Assembly (NCBI RefSeq): GCF_009834535.1
Contig: NC_045697.1
Span: 115,880,001 to 115,944,000, forward strand
Length of the DNA stretch: 64,000 nt
Source of the DNA: Camelus ferus
Taxonomy: Eukaryota
Reading direction: 5' to 3'
How positions within the stretch are numbered: the first letter of the stretch is position 1; the number at the start of each line of letters is the position of its first letter. This document shows positions 36,476 to 50,234 of this stretch, in pieces. Under the pieces are notes generated by a model. That model was given only the letters and a program-made list of their open reading frames with translations. It had not been told where the DNA came from and ran no database searches. The position numbers and the translations under genes are program-made.

Positions 36476-36951
36476 ACTCTAATTTGAAAAGATACATGCA
36501 CCCCAATGTTCATAGCAGCACTAGTTACAATGGCCAAAACATGGAACTAACCTAAATGTCCATCAACATATATATACAATGGAATACTACTCAGTCATAA
36601 AAAAGAATAAAAGTATGCTATTTGCAGCAATATGGATGGAACTGGAGATCATCTTTCTAACTGAAGTAAGCCAGAAAGAGAAAAATACCATATGGTATCA
36701 CTTGTATGTTGAATCTAAAAAAATGACACAAATGAACTTATTTACAAAACAAAAATAGACTCACAGACATAGAGAACAAACTTCTGGTTACCGGGGGAAT
36801 GGTGGGGGGTGGAGGGATAAATTGGGAGTTCAAGATTTGCAGATACTAATTACTATATATCAAACAGATGAACAACAAGGTCCTACTGTATAGCACAGGG
36901 AACTATATTCAATATCCTGTAATTATCTATAGTGAAAAAGAATATGAAAAG
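36476..36951 (+). mobile_element. Lineage-specific L1 3' fragment without poly(A)
   Basis: Aligns with 22636-23289 but stops after GAATATGAAAAG. Confidence 0.9.
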
Positions 36952-37206
36952 GTGTGCCCACTGCTGTGTCAGTGAGCCCTTGCAGAGATCTACTAGGTAT
37001 CTAGTACCTAGTATTTAGTACCTTGCAGCTCATCTACTAGGTATCTCTGTGCCCTGAAGCACCTTCCCTATGCTTCAGATGTTTTTGCCTTCTTAGCCAT
37101 TAAACATTAACACTCCATGTCCTCAGGGAGCCACCTTTCTCCTTATTTGACTACACAGTCTTGCACACAGAAGAAGCTCAATTACTAGGAGTTAAGTGAC
37201 TGAAGG

Positions 37207-37727
37207 AGTTACCGAGTTGGAGCTCATATTGCTCCCTGCTTGACAGGCTAATAAATCGAGAGACAAGTTGCTGAGGCAAGGAACAACAACTTTATTTGGA
37301 AAGCCAGCAGACTGAGAAGATGGGGGACTAGTGTCCCAAAGAACCATTTTACCCAAGTCAGAACCAATTCAGGCTCCTTTTATAACAAAAGAGGAGGGGG
37401 TGTGGTTGGTTGTTGCAAACTTCTTAATGTTGGAATCCTTTGTTCTTGCAGCTGTCCACATTGGGTCAGGTCATGATGTCCCTGTAAAGCTCCAACAAGA
37501 TAAATGCTACTTTCTATTCTGCAACTTTTTATCTCTATATGAATAGGAAAGTGTTAACCCTCAAAGGTCAGGACCTTGAGGATGGGCTCGCCTGTCTATG
37601 TCAGGCTCTAGGCAACATCCCTTTACAAAAGGTGCAGAACCAGCGTGGCTGAGCACAAGGAAGAGCACAGGGTTAGGGCTAAAGGAACAGATCTCATATG
37701 GAGTCAGGTTTGTTCTTCCCCATTACA
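37207..37727 (-). mobile_element. ERV1-class solo LTR, copy 1 of 3
   Basis: Perfect TSD AAGG (37203-37206, 37728-37731); minus-strand TATA and AATAAA; homologous to 47049 and 59191. Confidence 0.9.
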
Positions 37728-39180
37728 AAGGTGGCAGCTTGCTCGCCTATGCTAATGAAACAGACCTCCTGTCCTTTCAAGGCCACGTGTGCATTTAACA
37801 GGGGCCTCTAAGAGATCTTGCACACAGGCCTCACACAAAAGTTATCATTTCAGAGGAGACAGAGATAAATTAGGATGAGTTTAGACCCAGGGCATGTGGT
37901 TTGGAGGAAGGACCTTGTAGGGCCCCAAGGTCATTTAGGAATTCAACTGTCTGAATCATTTATTCAGCAAAGAATATGCCATTGGCTTTTTTATTTATCA
38001 TGCTAATGGGACCCTATTTCTAAGAAACAAGAATGAATAAATTCTGCAAAATGGTGTAAACCTGAAAGCATTCACCGTCTTGTCCTCACATGAACAAAAG
38101 CTTATCCTGACCCAAAGAAGAAAGTCTAAGAACAGAGGTGTACAAGCATTTGCATGGAAAGAAGGCCCACAATATTTGGCTGACTTTTACAGAAGCGCAC
38201 ACTTCTGCCTGCAAGCTGGATATCTAATGCGTGCAAAGGTTACTACAAAATAAAAGTGTGTCCTAAAAAAGGAGGTTCCTGGAGATGAGTTCAGAAATAT
38301 TCTCAAATACAAAGATACACATTCTATTAAGTCCTAGAGCTCTATTGTACACGACTGTGACCACAGTTCACAAATCTGTATTGTACACTTAAAAATCTGT
38401 CAAGAAGTGGATCTCATGTTAAATGTTCTTAAAACAATTTTTAAAAAAGAACCCATTATCGTGGGTCCATGAATATACATGATTGTGTTGATCATACTAA
38501 TTCATGTTGATTAGCAATTCTCTAAAACAAAATAGTTAAGTACATTTGCTGCTGCTAAAAGCAACTTTACCAAAGAAGGGGAAAGTGGATTCTCAACAAA
38601 CTCTTTGTATGACACTGGGAGCTATAAATTCTGGACTGGAAAAGTGTCTAATACACAGAAAATGGGAAGAAAAGGGCCAGAATGGCCAGTAAGTGCTGAA
38701 GAGGGATCTTGAAACTGCTTTGACCTGAAAAACATTTCAAAAAACGAAAGCAGTGATTTATAAACTGAAGCACAAATGTAAAACTATATTTGGGTCATCT
38801 ATTTTCCTAGATCTTTCTGACAACACTGCCATCTGGAGACTCGGTTTGACTAAGGACATGAGACCTTAAGGAAAGTTAGACACAGACACTGAAAAGGTTC
38901 CTGGTGAAGTCATTCTTTGTCCCTGGTGATTCTTACACTGTTTGTCACTGCAGCCAACAGATGAAGGAAAAATGCACAAACTGAAATTTCTTTTGTAAAA
39001 TTTTAGATGTGCCGAGTTACAAAAGCGAAGATAAATCAACTCTGTAATATGCTAATGTGAAGTCTGGATCAGTTAATATGTGGTTTGTCCATTCAGCGGA
39101 TATTATTTGAGGAGAATTGAGAAAATAATAATAATATATTGTAATCTTCATGAGCATGCCAATATTCATAAATATGTTCT

Positions 39181-39308
39181 TTTTTTTAATTTTTACTCTT
39201 TTTTTTTTTAGCTTTTTTTTTTTCTTTTTAATGGAGGTACTGGAGATTGAACCCAGGACCTCAAGCACACTAAGCATGGGCTCTACCACTGAACTATTAC
39301 TCACCCCC
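39181..39308 (-). mobile_element. tRNA-derived camelid SINE
   Basis: Reverse-complement SINE body; T tract; TSD CATAAATATGTTCT / CATAAAAGTATTCT. Confidence 0.9.
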
Positions 39309-39965
39309 CATAAAAGTATTCTTTAATTTATTGATTTGAGATGCAAGTAAATAGATGTACTTCTAACCTCAAAACAAGTAGGGCTGCAAGACCCGAGAAG
39401 CAAGAGAGCAAAGATAACTCACGTTTCCACCCTATTTCCATCAGCCGCTCTCAGAGAACCATAGCAGCCTCTGAATCTGCTCCCCAAGAGTCCCATGAAA
39501 GGTGTCCAAGTGTTTGAGGAGGGTGTAATGAGCATCCCCTGGGTACCAAAAGTTCCACGTCTTCTTCCAGCCATTGCTCCCACTGGGCACGATGCTATCG
39601 CCACTGAGAATAGCTCCCAAAGTTGCCTCTTCTTTGCTGGTCGGCCCTGCCATTCTTGCACGGTCTGCCAGGCATGACTACCATTTTCCAGAAGGCAGCG
39701 CTGGGCATCCCCGCCACTGATAGTGTGGGCCCCCCACAATACAAAATTGGAGTGGCAGTGGGTGGCAAAGAGGAGGGGTTGCCTTCATCTTCCTCTTGTG
39801 GCTCCTTCTCCAAGACAATGTCAAAGCATGATGGCTTTTGTCCAGACCTTCCAGAAAAGTCCTTCTCCCAAGCGGTCTTCAGCCTCTTATCCAAACAGAT
39901 CCTACATTCTCCAAGCTGTCTGTCATCTTTCTCACACAAGAACGTGGTTAAGAGTTTGAGGTCTG

Positions 39966-40122
39966 TGCAGCGAGGATGGGGTGGGTAATAGCTCAGTGGT
40001 AGAGTGCATGCTTAGCATACATGAGGTCCTGGGTTCAATCTCCAGTACCTCCATTAAAATAAATAAAACCAAATTATCTCCCCCCCAAAACATACATAAA
40101 TACATACATAAAAAATTTTTAA
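39966..40122 (+). mobile_element. tRNA-derived camelid SINE
   Basis: A and B boxes; TSD AAGAGTTTG(A/G)GGTCTG (39950-39965, 40123-40138). Confidence 0.93.
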
Positions 40123-40846
40123 AAGAGTTTGGGGTCTGATCCAGGGAAAAAGTAAAGAACAGATCCCACTAATATCGGAGCTGTGGGTTATCAAAAGGCC
40201 TTCAGAGATTTAAGCAATGCTGAATTCCACTTAGAAGCGAAGAGACTGACTTTCCTGTGTTTTTCTGTGTGTTCCGAGTTTAACATAATGTGCTAAATGT
40301 CTCGTGGAGATTTTAGTTCAAATAGCTTTTTTTTCCTGATTTAATTTCTTTTTTAAACTTTTTCTAAGCCCCTCTCGCCCATGGATGCGTTCACTGGTTT
40401 GTGTGGCACGGCTACGGGACACACGTTAGTTACAGAATCCGGGTTGTTCTCTCACATTTTGTATCCCCATCTTCATCCCCATTTATTCTTCACAAGATAG
40501 TCTGTCAATCCAGCTTCTGCATTTTACTCCCTCTTTACCCAGCAGCAGAGATTTCATTTCCAAAATTCTCCTTAATCTCTTACTTGAATATCCTCCTAGC
40601 AGGTCCCCCCACCAGACCTCCAAGCATCCCCCACACCCAGCTGTGTTGGCGGCAATAGTCAGATTCAAGCTGGGCCCTCAGTGGACATGACAGATATTAC
40701 ACGAGCCACAGAGTCAGCTAAAACAAAGAGGTGCAGCCCATCATGTGCAGAGAAATATTTGAAGACTGCAGATTCTGGGTACTTTTGGGCTTTCTGAGGA
40801 TTATAAAGTCTTGTTGCTTTAAAATAACCAAAAATGACCAATTTAA

Positions 40847-41345
40847 AATGACTGGATAAAGAAGATGTGGTACATATATACAATGGAATACTACTCAGCC
40901 ATAAAAAGAATGAAATAATGCCATTTGCAGCAACACGGATGGACCTAGAGATTATCATACTAATTGAAGTAAGTCAGACAAAGACAAATATCATATGATA
41001 TCACTTATATGTGGAATCTAAAAAAGTGATATAAATTTTATTTACAAACCAAAAACAGATTCACAGACATAGAAAACAAATTATGATTACCCAAGGGGAA
41101 AGGGCAGGGAGGGACAAATTAGGGGTTGGGGATTAACAGATACACACTACTGTATATAAAAGAGATAAACAACAAGGACCTACTGTACAGCACAGGGAAC
41201 TATGTTCAGTATCTTGTAATAATGTATCATGGAAAAGAATCTGAAAAAAAAATACACTTATATGTGTATGTGTATGTATAACTGAATCACTTTGCTGTGC
41301 ACCTGAAATTAACACTGTAAATCAATTACACTTCAATAAAAAAAT
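40847..41345 (+). mobile_element. Lineage-specific L1 3' fragment
   Basis: Same family as 22636 and 36476; ends CTTCAATAAAAAAA. Confidence 0.92.
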
Positions 41346-42734
41346 TTGAATGATCATTAACTTTATAGAGATTTCATCATATCAAATCTGACCAAATTTT
41401 TATAGCCTATCAAAGAGAGAGAATGAGGAAAAGCAGAGTCAGCAGGAGGTTACAGTTGGGACACAGGGACCCCGTTTCCACCGAGCCACTAAGAGGTTCT
41501 GCACTTGAGCGAGGCTCTTCCCCTCCCTGGCCCTCGTTTATTACGTGGAAGGGCTGGGCTGAGTGATGATCAAAGACCTTTTCAGTTACAACGATTTATT
41601 TCGGTCATAAAATGTGATTCCCTATAGAGACCCTTGAAGAGGGGGGCTGCTCCTTGGCTGGTAAGATGATTGTACCCAGCGGGAGACCTGGGCAAAAGGC
41701 AAAGAGGTTTTCAGAGCTGACAGTACAAAGTGGGAGGCTGCCAGCCAGCGGGAAGGAGACCGAATGCCATCTCAGTGCAAAATCTATCTCGACAACATGA
41801 AAACCAGCACGCTGTCCGAACGACGGTATTTCACTCTGTATAATCAATGTAAAGCAGATGAAACCCCTCTCTCAGAACTCTCAAAGGCCATGTACATGTT
41901 AGAATTGGCTTCATAGATAACCTTACAAGTATGTTCTTTGAGATTAAAGTGAAGTTCACAGGGATTCCAGCTAATTTTAAGAAAGGATGAATCTGACTCC
42001 ATGTAGTTTCCTATCTGGTTTAGAACATCTTTTTTTTTTTTAAAAAATGTTATCTCTTAGGCAATGGATTTTTCCCTTAATCCCAGTGAATGTCAACCTT
42101 GTCGGCTACTACCAAAGAGAACCCTACCCAGCTGTTTCTGTGTAGGAAACTCACAATTTAAGTGCAGAGAATCAACACTTAAAAGGCAGTGGTAATACCC
42201 TGGGGGTTTTGCAGAGGAAAAAGTAAATTCCTTGGATCTTGTGCAGGGAAAAGATTTGCACACGGAGCACGCATATATACAAACATGCATGCACACACCA
42301 CCCGCTTCCCAACATTTTCAGGCTTCCTGACAGAAGTTTTGCTTTTCTTCAAGGAATTCAGAGATTTCTACAGCCTAAGCCAGGATTATTTGAACCAGAA
42401 GAAAGCCAAATTAGTCAAAGAGCCAGTAGGGCTAATAATTAGCTGTGTACAGGATTGTAAACCCGAAAAAGGCACAGTAAGAGATGTGTTTGGGTTTATA
42501 GTAACACAGGTAATAGCCATCAAAATTGGGAAGACCAGACACGATGATCATTTATGTGGCTAGGCTTGTCCTTACTATTCAGAACTCTTCTCGGTCCAGG
42601 AAAGAAAATTGGGATTCAAATGTGAATTTCATGTTTTGTGGCACCTTATTAAAATTATAATGAAAAATTCAATTCCTCCGCTTGAAACTTCAGCGTATAA
42701 TGAATTGCATAAAAGGACAGAAAAGTATAGGGGA

Positions 42735-42920
42735 GACGAAGTGCAGTCCTGGTGATTAAGTAGAAAGACTATCAGGCTTGGAGTCAGAAGACCTGGATTC
42801 TGTTCCCAGCTCTGCTGCTGACTGGCTGACTGATTTGGGGCAAATCGTTTCATTTCTCTGAGCCTCAGTTTTCCCATTTGTAAAACGTGAGGACTGGTTT
42901 AGATGAACACAATTCTATGA
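42735..42920 (+). mobile_element. MIR relic
   Basis: GGAGTCAGAAGACCTGGATTC...TCTCTGAGCCTCAGTTTTCCCATTTGTAAAA. Confidence 0.8.
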
Positions 42921-44219
42921 TCACCAGTGTCAGATCCTGTAGCATTTTCTCTGTCAAGAGAGCCTCTAAGAAAATCATCATAGTCTCGCATAATAGAAAA
43001 GAGCATTTCATTAAATCCGTCACTTCCCGTGGGGTCTGAGGTAGACAGAGGAGCCCAAACACTTGGTATATGGATGCATCCAGTCGATCACAATTTATCT
43101 GCAGAATATCCCTTTTCTGACATTTAAGAAAGGTCAAAATTCTCAAGAGCTTAATAGGAATGTTAATGTCTTTTACAACAGTATGGCCATTTGGTTATGT
43201 TGAATCATTCAAAGGTCCTTGGGACCGTGGAAAATGAATGACAGTGACCTTGAACATCTGCTCGACCCTCGTCCAGAGAGTCAGGGTAAGAGAAAGGAAG
43301 AATCCAGTGACTCTTTTAAGAAATGACATAGTGGCTGTTAGTAATATATGCAGTGCTCTGTTCGTATCTTTTCTACCTTTAGATGTATGTCTTGAGATGC
43401 AATTTTATTACATTGAAAGATTTCCGTGCAACGTTTCAGTAGTTTTCTACCCAGGTGGTAAGATGCTGTATAATTACAGCAAACGTGGGCTGGCGTGACA
43501 CCTGCCCGGACTGTTACGAGTGGAAAAGCCAAGAGAGGCAATTAGACATTTGACTGCACGGAGTGAGCTGCATTAGTGCACACACATTTTTACTTTTAGG
43601 GTCTTTTTGAATTCTCGGTTTGAGCAAAATGGTTGGTTAGCCTCTTTTGCCAGATTCTCGCCCTTTCACTCAGGTCTGCTGTGATACTCCTCCATGTGAG
43701 AGAAAGAGAATGAGACATCACGTGTTACGGCGACGCCTAACTCGCAGAATAAATTAGGCAAATTTGTTTCAGTTAATGTGTATATTAAAGCTTTACTTTA
43801 TCTAGTGTTGAATGTTTTATTTGATAGCACAAGAGAATTTTACCATGTCATTTTACATTCTCCGTAGTCCCAATGTGACAGAAGGTCACCAGTATTTAGA
43901 GAAACTTAAACCCTACTTTTTCACTCCTGACCTCATCCCCAACCTCACTTTATAAAAAGTAATTTGAATCCAATTGATAGTATATTCCATCTCGTCTCTG
44001 AGAAGAATTCACTGGAGCAACCAATTAGTCACCTGATGTAGATAAATATAAGTGAATTTCAACATCGTTGCTGTTGTAATACTAAGAATGACAGGATTTT
44101 ACTGTCCACTTCTGCAAACCTCCTACAGAACATCAAAGAAAAATATTTAATGTTTCAAAACATTTTTATAAGGAACAGCCCTGAGGGGAGGTGGGGAGAC
44201 AGTAGACTGAAATAGCAGA

Positions 44220-44585
44220 TTTTCTTATTTCCAACTTTACTGAGGAATAATTGACAAATATAATTGCCTATGTTTAAGGTGTACAAGGTGAAGACTTGAT
44301 ATACACTGTGGAATGATTACCAAGGTCAAGATGCTTAACACATCCACCACCTCACATAGTCAACTCTTTTTTGTGTGTCTGGAGAGAACGCTTAAGATCT
44401 ACTCTCAGACACGGTTGAGTATACAGCACATTACTATTAACCTTCATCAGCATGTTGTACAGTAGATCCTTGGAGCTTAATTCTTATAACTGTAAGTTTG
44501 TACTCTTTGACCTGTATCTCCCCACCCCCCACCCCACCCCGCTGTCCCTGCCTGGCAACCACTGTTCTGTTCTCTGTGAAACTGA
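44220..44585 (-). mobile_element. L1MA-like 3' end
   Basis: CTTAAGATCTACTCTC and CTGGCAACCACTGTTCTGTTCTCTG motifs. Confidence 0.8.
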
Positions 44586-44879
44586 TGTTCCTCCCTGTGG
44601 ATGAAAGTTGTGTCACGTTCCTGCAGCCTGCAGGCAGTTGATGCAGCTCTGAGAGTATCAGGAGGGGCAGATACACTATGTGCAAGAGGGCGCCCCATGC
44701 AGCTAGGTTTCAGAGCAACAGAGTCACGTGGCTTTTCCAGGGGCCCACAACCTGGGAATTATTTTCTAATCCAAGTGTGCACAATACTAACACCTGGATA
44801 AAGGTTTTTAAAAATGATCTACTCAAAAACAAAAATTAAAAAGATGATCTACTCCATCAATCTTAAAAGCTCCAGGTGT

Positions 44880-45002
44880 TTTTGGGGGTTTTTTTTGTTT
44901 TGTTTTTCTTTTTCTTTATTTTTTCAATGGGGGAACTGGGGATTGAACCCAGGACTTCGTGCATGCTAAGCATATGCTCTACCACTGAGCTATTCCCACC
45001 CC
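44880..45002 (-). mobile_element. tRNA-derived camelid SINE
   Basis: GGGGATTGAACCCAGGAC..CATGCTAAGCAT..CTCTACCACTGAGCTA with T tract. Confidence 0.92.
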
Positions 45003-46519
45003 ACCACAGATGTATTTTTTAAATGGAAAAATATCAGGACTTTTAATTCATCCCAATATTTGCTGTAATGTGGTTTTACAGTGTAAATATTCATAGCTAT
45101 GAAATGACAGGGGCGCTGCAATGACACATCTTACAAAACGTTCTAAACTGGGATGCAACGTACTGCGGAATGGCGCATATCAGGAAGAGTCATTGGTCAA
45201 AAGATCTATTTCCTTATTAAATGGCTCTCATTTTAATATTAGAAACATTTAGTTTTTGCATCAAACACTGAAATTATTTTACAATAGCTAATTATTTTAT
45301 TTGGAATATAGGTTTACCTTCAAAAGCCATGCATCTTGGAAAGGAGGAAGGTATTTAGCGGAAGGTGACCCAGAGTGATGAAGTATGGAATTAAAAAAAA
45401 AATTGAACCCAGATGTGTTTATTTATTTATTTTTTTGGCCAAAAGTTTCTTCACAAGTTTTCCTGTATTTTTACTTTCTCTCCAAACATGATATTAAATT
45501 CGGTAAAAAGGCACAGAATAACAATCCCCATGTCTCCTGCAAACCTGACTATTACCTAGTTTTATTAACCCACATTCTTTGCTTGAGCTTTGGGGAGAAA
45601 AGTGATTCAACAAAGTTCATGAATGACCTTTGAGTTCAGAACTATTGGGAGAAAACAAAGCCTGCCCCTTATCTTAGGAAGTCTGACCTGTAAAACTTCC
45701 ACTGCGATATGTGTCCCCAAGGGGGGACACAGACAATCCCAGAGGCCCCTCCCATCCCACCAACCAGTATCAACAAGACACGTTGACCTTTTCAGCACAG
45801 CATTACTCAAATTTTCTTCACAGCTGTCAACAACCCTGTCCTGCAATTCTGACAGTTTTTAAGGAACCTATTTTTCTCGCCTTGCCAAATCAAATTGTGA
45901 GTGAAATTGCATTGAAGTTGGATATGTTCTTGTTACCCTCGTGTCATTTAAAGTCTATGTAATTCATATATTGTTCATGAAACTTTACTGAAACATTTGG
46001 CAGAAGAAAATGTTTTCCAATTTTAGGACTTTGGAACTATTTTATTTTTAACAAAACAAGGAGTGTGAGGAGTGTTTTTCCCCTTCCACAAGTCCCTCCA
46101 GTGTCCTAGGAATAAAAGCTAAACGGGTAGAAATTAGTTATTTGCTTCTTGAAGTCTCTTTACTAATCCAAGTTATCTCAGCAGATAAGACACTCTGCTG
46201 TTGGCTGAGTATATAAGAAAGCTAAATTAATTTCTGCACATCATCAAGTGTAAGTTGCTGCCCAGAGGCAGTAAGGTTGTAATTAGTGTTCTAATGATCG
46301 GAAAGAGCTGGAAAGTCAGAGGGAATCAAATACTGGTTGCGTTCCTCCTCTGGAGGCTGTAAAGTCACAACAAGGAGATTCCCGCTGACAAGGAGTGCAC
46401 TCCTGTAGGGGAGATGATCATGTGGACAGAAGTTATATTGTAACGCAGGAAAAGTGAAATACGGCGTAAAATGATAGTTAATATCGATTGACTGAAACAT
46501 CAAACAGTGGTACAAAAGT

Positions 46520-46710
46520 TCGACACGTATTAACTCATTCGATTTTCAAAACTCAATGAGAATGTACTGTTATCGGCGCCATTTTACAGATGAGAAAATG
46601 ATGAGACAAGAGAAAGATTAAATAACTTGCCAAAAATCACAGACAGCAAAGATCCAAGAGAGAATTTGAGCCAGCTTGTTGGATGCTAAAATCTTACTCT
46701 TTACCACTCT
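46520..46710 (-). mobile_element. MIR relic
   Basis: CCATTTTACAGATGAGAAAA..TTAAATAACTTGCCAAAAATCACA. Confidence 0.75.
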
Positions 46711-46749
46711 GATCACTGGTGCTCACTAGCACTGCTGAACAAATGTTGA

Positions 46750-47044
46750 AGTTGGAAAGGGGTGGCCACCCACTTATTTTGGCCAATGACAAACGAGCAA
46801 CAGTGATGTGTCATTTCCATCGGAGACTTTAGGAGACAGGATGCAATTTACCCCTGAGGGGATCACTGGCATATATACCAAGTAAAGCTTCCACTGTCAG
46901 GGCGCCTGAGCAGTTACCATGAGCAGAAACCTCCTGTGAACCAACACTGGATGTGTAGCATAGGTGACAATTAAAGACTAATTATGTCACACCTATTGAG
47001 ACTTGGGAATTATTCATTACTACCATCCTGACACAGACATACCA
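46750..47044 (+). mobile_element. Old MaLR (MLT1I/J-like) LTR fragment
   Basis: TTTGGCCAATGA..GTGATGTGTCATTTCC and ATGTGTAGCAT motifs. Confidence 0.55.
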
Positions 47045-47048
47045 CCTA

Positions 47049-47557
47049 TGCTACCGAGTCCAAACTCATCCCACTCGCCGCATGACAGGCCAATAAGTCG
47101 GGAGAGGGGGTGTTAGGGCAAGGAATAATGAACAACTTGATTCAGAAAGTCAGCAGACTGAGAAGATGGCAGACTCATGTCCTGGGGAGCCATCTTCCCC
47201 AAGTCAGAATTCAGGCTCCTTTCATACTAAAGAGGGCAGGGGGTGTGGTTGGTTGTTGCAAACTTCTTGGTATCAGAATCCTTTGTTCTTGCAGCCGTCC
47301 ACGTGGGTCAGAACATGGTGTCCCTGTAAACCTCCAACAAGACAAATGTTATTTTCTATTCTGCAGCTTTTTATCTTCATATGAATTGAAAATTGTCATA
47401 CTCTTAAGAACAGGCTCTCCTGTCTATTTCAGGCTCTAGGCAACATCCTTTTACAAAAGGTGAAGGACCAGCGTGACTGAGCCCAGGAAACAGAGCCCAG
47501 GGTTAGAGCCAAAGGAACAGATCTCATATGGAGTCAGATTTATTCTTCCCTATTACA
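47049..47557 (-). mobile_element. ERV1-class solo LTR, copy 2 of 3
   Basis: TG...CA termini; perfect TSD CCTA (47045-47048, 47558-47561). Confidence 0.92.
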
Positions 47558-49639
47558 CCTATTCAATGATGAGGTTCATTCAGGCTCACTTAATGACATA
47601 CCCAGGTGAAAGCAGGACACAGAAAGAGAAAAAAAATTTAAGCAAAGACCCTAAAGCTAAAAAGCAAGAAGCTATTAAGAACTGCAAATGGTTGGGAGGA
47701 CTGAAGATTTTTACATTAGGATAAAGCCATAACATGCACATAAAATTTGATTTGCTTAAGAATTGACTTTTTTCAACAATCCATTTTTTAAATTCATGGT
47801 AAATAAAGAGTTCTAAATTACTTATTAGCTTATATACTTAGAGATGTCAACAAATCCTTAATTTCATTAAGACAAGTGTTAGGGGCTTAATCTTGTTTCA
47901 TTGTTGTCACAGAATCACAACCAAATTTTCGAAGAGACTAATTTTAAGCGGTCACCCAGGTTGTTAGTGGCAGACGGTCAGCTAGCAAGATCTCCTGATT
48001 CCCAGCATTTCTTGCTCCTTTCTTATTCCATTTTTCATTTTTACTTTAAATTTGTAGGTGAGCAGGAGTGATCTGGTAACATCTTTTTTTTCTCCTTTTC
48101 AGTTTTATTAGGTAGAATTATTACAGTGCAACTGCACATAACACATTATATTGCATGTAAATACATATATACAATATACTGCACATTTTTTTAGAGTAAC
48201 ATCTTATTTTAAGGACAGATTCACAATTTGTTAAAATGTTCACTGGCGATATAAATACAAACAAGCCCAATTTCTCAATACCCCCTCACCAGCAGGCTTA
48301 GTGTTCCGAGCTGCAGGACAATGCCTATTGTTTAATAGGCTTTCATAATTACTTGTCATTTTCTGTGACAGGTAAAGGCATTGTGAACATTGCATTAATT
48401 ATTTCTAAATTTTAGTTATATATTATACCCTTTGATGAAGACATTTTTGTCTGATTAAGGATGAATATTGACAACTTATTTTTTCATATACAGAGATCAA
48501 CATTCCTTTCTCAGTTGATAGAAATTATCTCTGAATTATTTAGAAAACTTTGCCAGGGTAAACCACCTTTGCTAAACAAACATTGCTTTGAAATGGGCTC
48601 ACCCTTGGCAAATTGTGTTGGGAAGATGTGATAGACATGCGTGTTTACACCAAAAGGGCAGGTGTAGTGTAAGGGCAATGAAAGGCTGCAAGATCTGCTT
48701 TTTCAGCACTGAACTTAGAGGCAGAAAGTTTTGTTGAAATTGAAACTCAGGTCAGAATCTGAATCTCTGTCTGTCTCTCTTATGTGCAAATCCAGCTCTG
48801 TAATTGCCTCTACTCTGCTATTGCCTTCCTGGAGAATTGGAAAATTGATGAGATATTGATGGAAGTTCTGCAAGATGGAAAAAAAAAAAGAGACAACAAA
48901 ATAAATATACAAAATATAAAATAATGTTTCTATGAATATAGAAATTCTTTCTTTCACCCTGGGTTTCTTGAGAGTTATCACTCACCCTCCTAGATAATGA
49001 AAAGCTGTTAGGTATCCTTACACTTTCTCTGTATGTTGCCTTCAGTATTATTAATCTCCCTTCCTTTACATCCCGCCCCAGATACATACACACTATACAC
49101 TACTTTTTGCATTTTTGCACGTCACCAAACACTTTTCTTCAACCACATTTCCTTTATAGAAGTGTCTTCAAACAATCTCTAATTCTATCCATCTGGTCAT
49201 GCAATGTGTCTAAAAGCCCATACTGTTCATTTTTCATCACTTGGGCAGATCCTCTTCAATTTCAGCTAATTTTTTCTCCTCAGTCTGCACTTCTCCTCAC
49301 CCATGCATGAACGCTGTCCAGGGACAGAAGCTGTGACTATAGTCTGCACAGAGCAGCCTTCAGTTCTTTCACAGGAGTGGGTTTGATAGAAGGAAACTTA
49401 AAATGATGTTCCTGTCTTTTAGCGTCTAATGCTAAATGATCCATTTCTGGTCATCCTACTTTCTGATCCACTTTCTAAAAGCACATTCTTGTGAAAAACA
49501 AAGAAAGTTTATAAATAATGTGCTTCATTTCCTTGCCTCTTAGCAGAGAGAAGGAATGATGGAATGAAACTTCTTCAATTCTAAGACTAAGCCAAGTATC
49601 CCTGCCCATAAATTCTAATGTTTGAAGGTTGTTCAGTGA

Positions 49640-50135
49640 AGGATTCTGCCTCCTCTGAGATCCTTCTTCATCTCTTCTGTGTCCTTCTCTGCCCTGCTCC
49701 TTCTTCATGGGATTGACCAATATAAGGCTACATCACGCTGGACAGCTAGCTCTTGCTACATGACTTCTGATTGGGCTCAACCAATGGGATTTATTGTCAA
49801 AAGATTGGAGGGCAGGGAAAAAAAGAGGTTGAAGTATTTTATCCCCATACCTACCCACTCTGGGCCACTTTTACATCAGTGGCTGCATCCTTTCATGGGC
49901 TCAGCTACTCACTCTTCTTAGTTCCAGCTCTCACTGGACTCTATTAATGTTATTTCCTCTCCTTGCCCATTCAGGACTGAAAATGCTAAGTACTCCTTAC
50001 TGTTACTAATGTCTTGATATGGTAACACTCCTTAGTAATAAGTTCCCTCAAGTTTCTACACCCAAATACGCACTGTCTTCATGAAAACATCTTGCATCAC
50101 TTAAATTTTGTTTCCCACCAGGAGCTAGCTGATAT
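49640..50135 (+). mobile_element. Old ERV-L LTR (LTR33-like)
   Basis: CTTCTGATTGGGCTCAACCAATGGG and GAAGTATTTTATCCCC motifs. Confidence 0.5.
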
Positions 50136-50234
50136 AATCGGCTTACTTGATTGTTGTGTAAATTACAAGCGTCATTCCAGCGGAAGCTACTGACAGACAA
50201 TCATCTTAAAAGGGTAAAGCTAAAGCCACCTGTC

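Noticed and set aside
42189..42563. 124-aa ORF with an acceptor-like site near 42321
   Set aside because: No recognisable homology, non-ATG start and no convincing partner exons.
37207..47557. Two same-orientation LTRs about 10 kb apart, suggesting a full provirus
   Set aside because: Each has its own TSD (AAGG versus CCTA), and the interval has no gag, pol or env.
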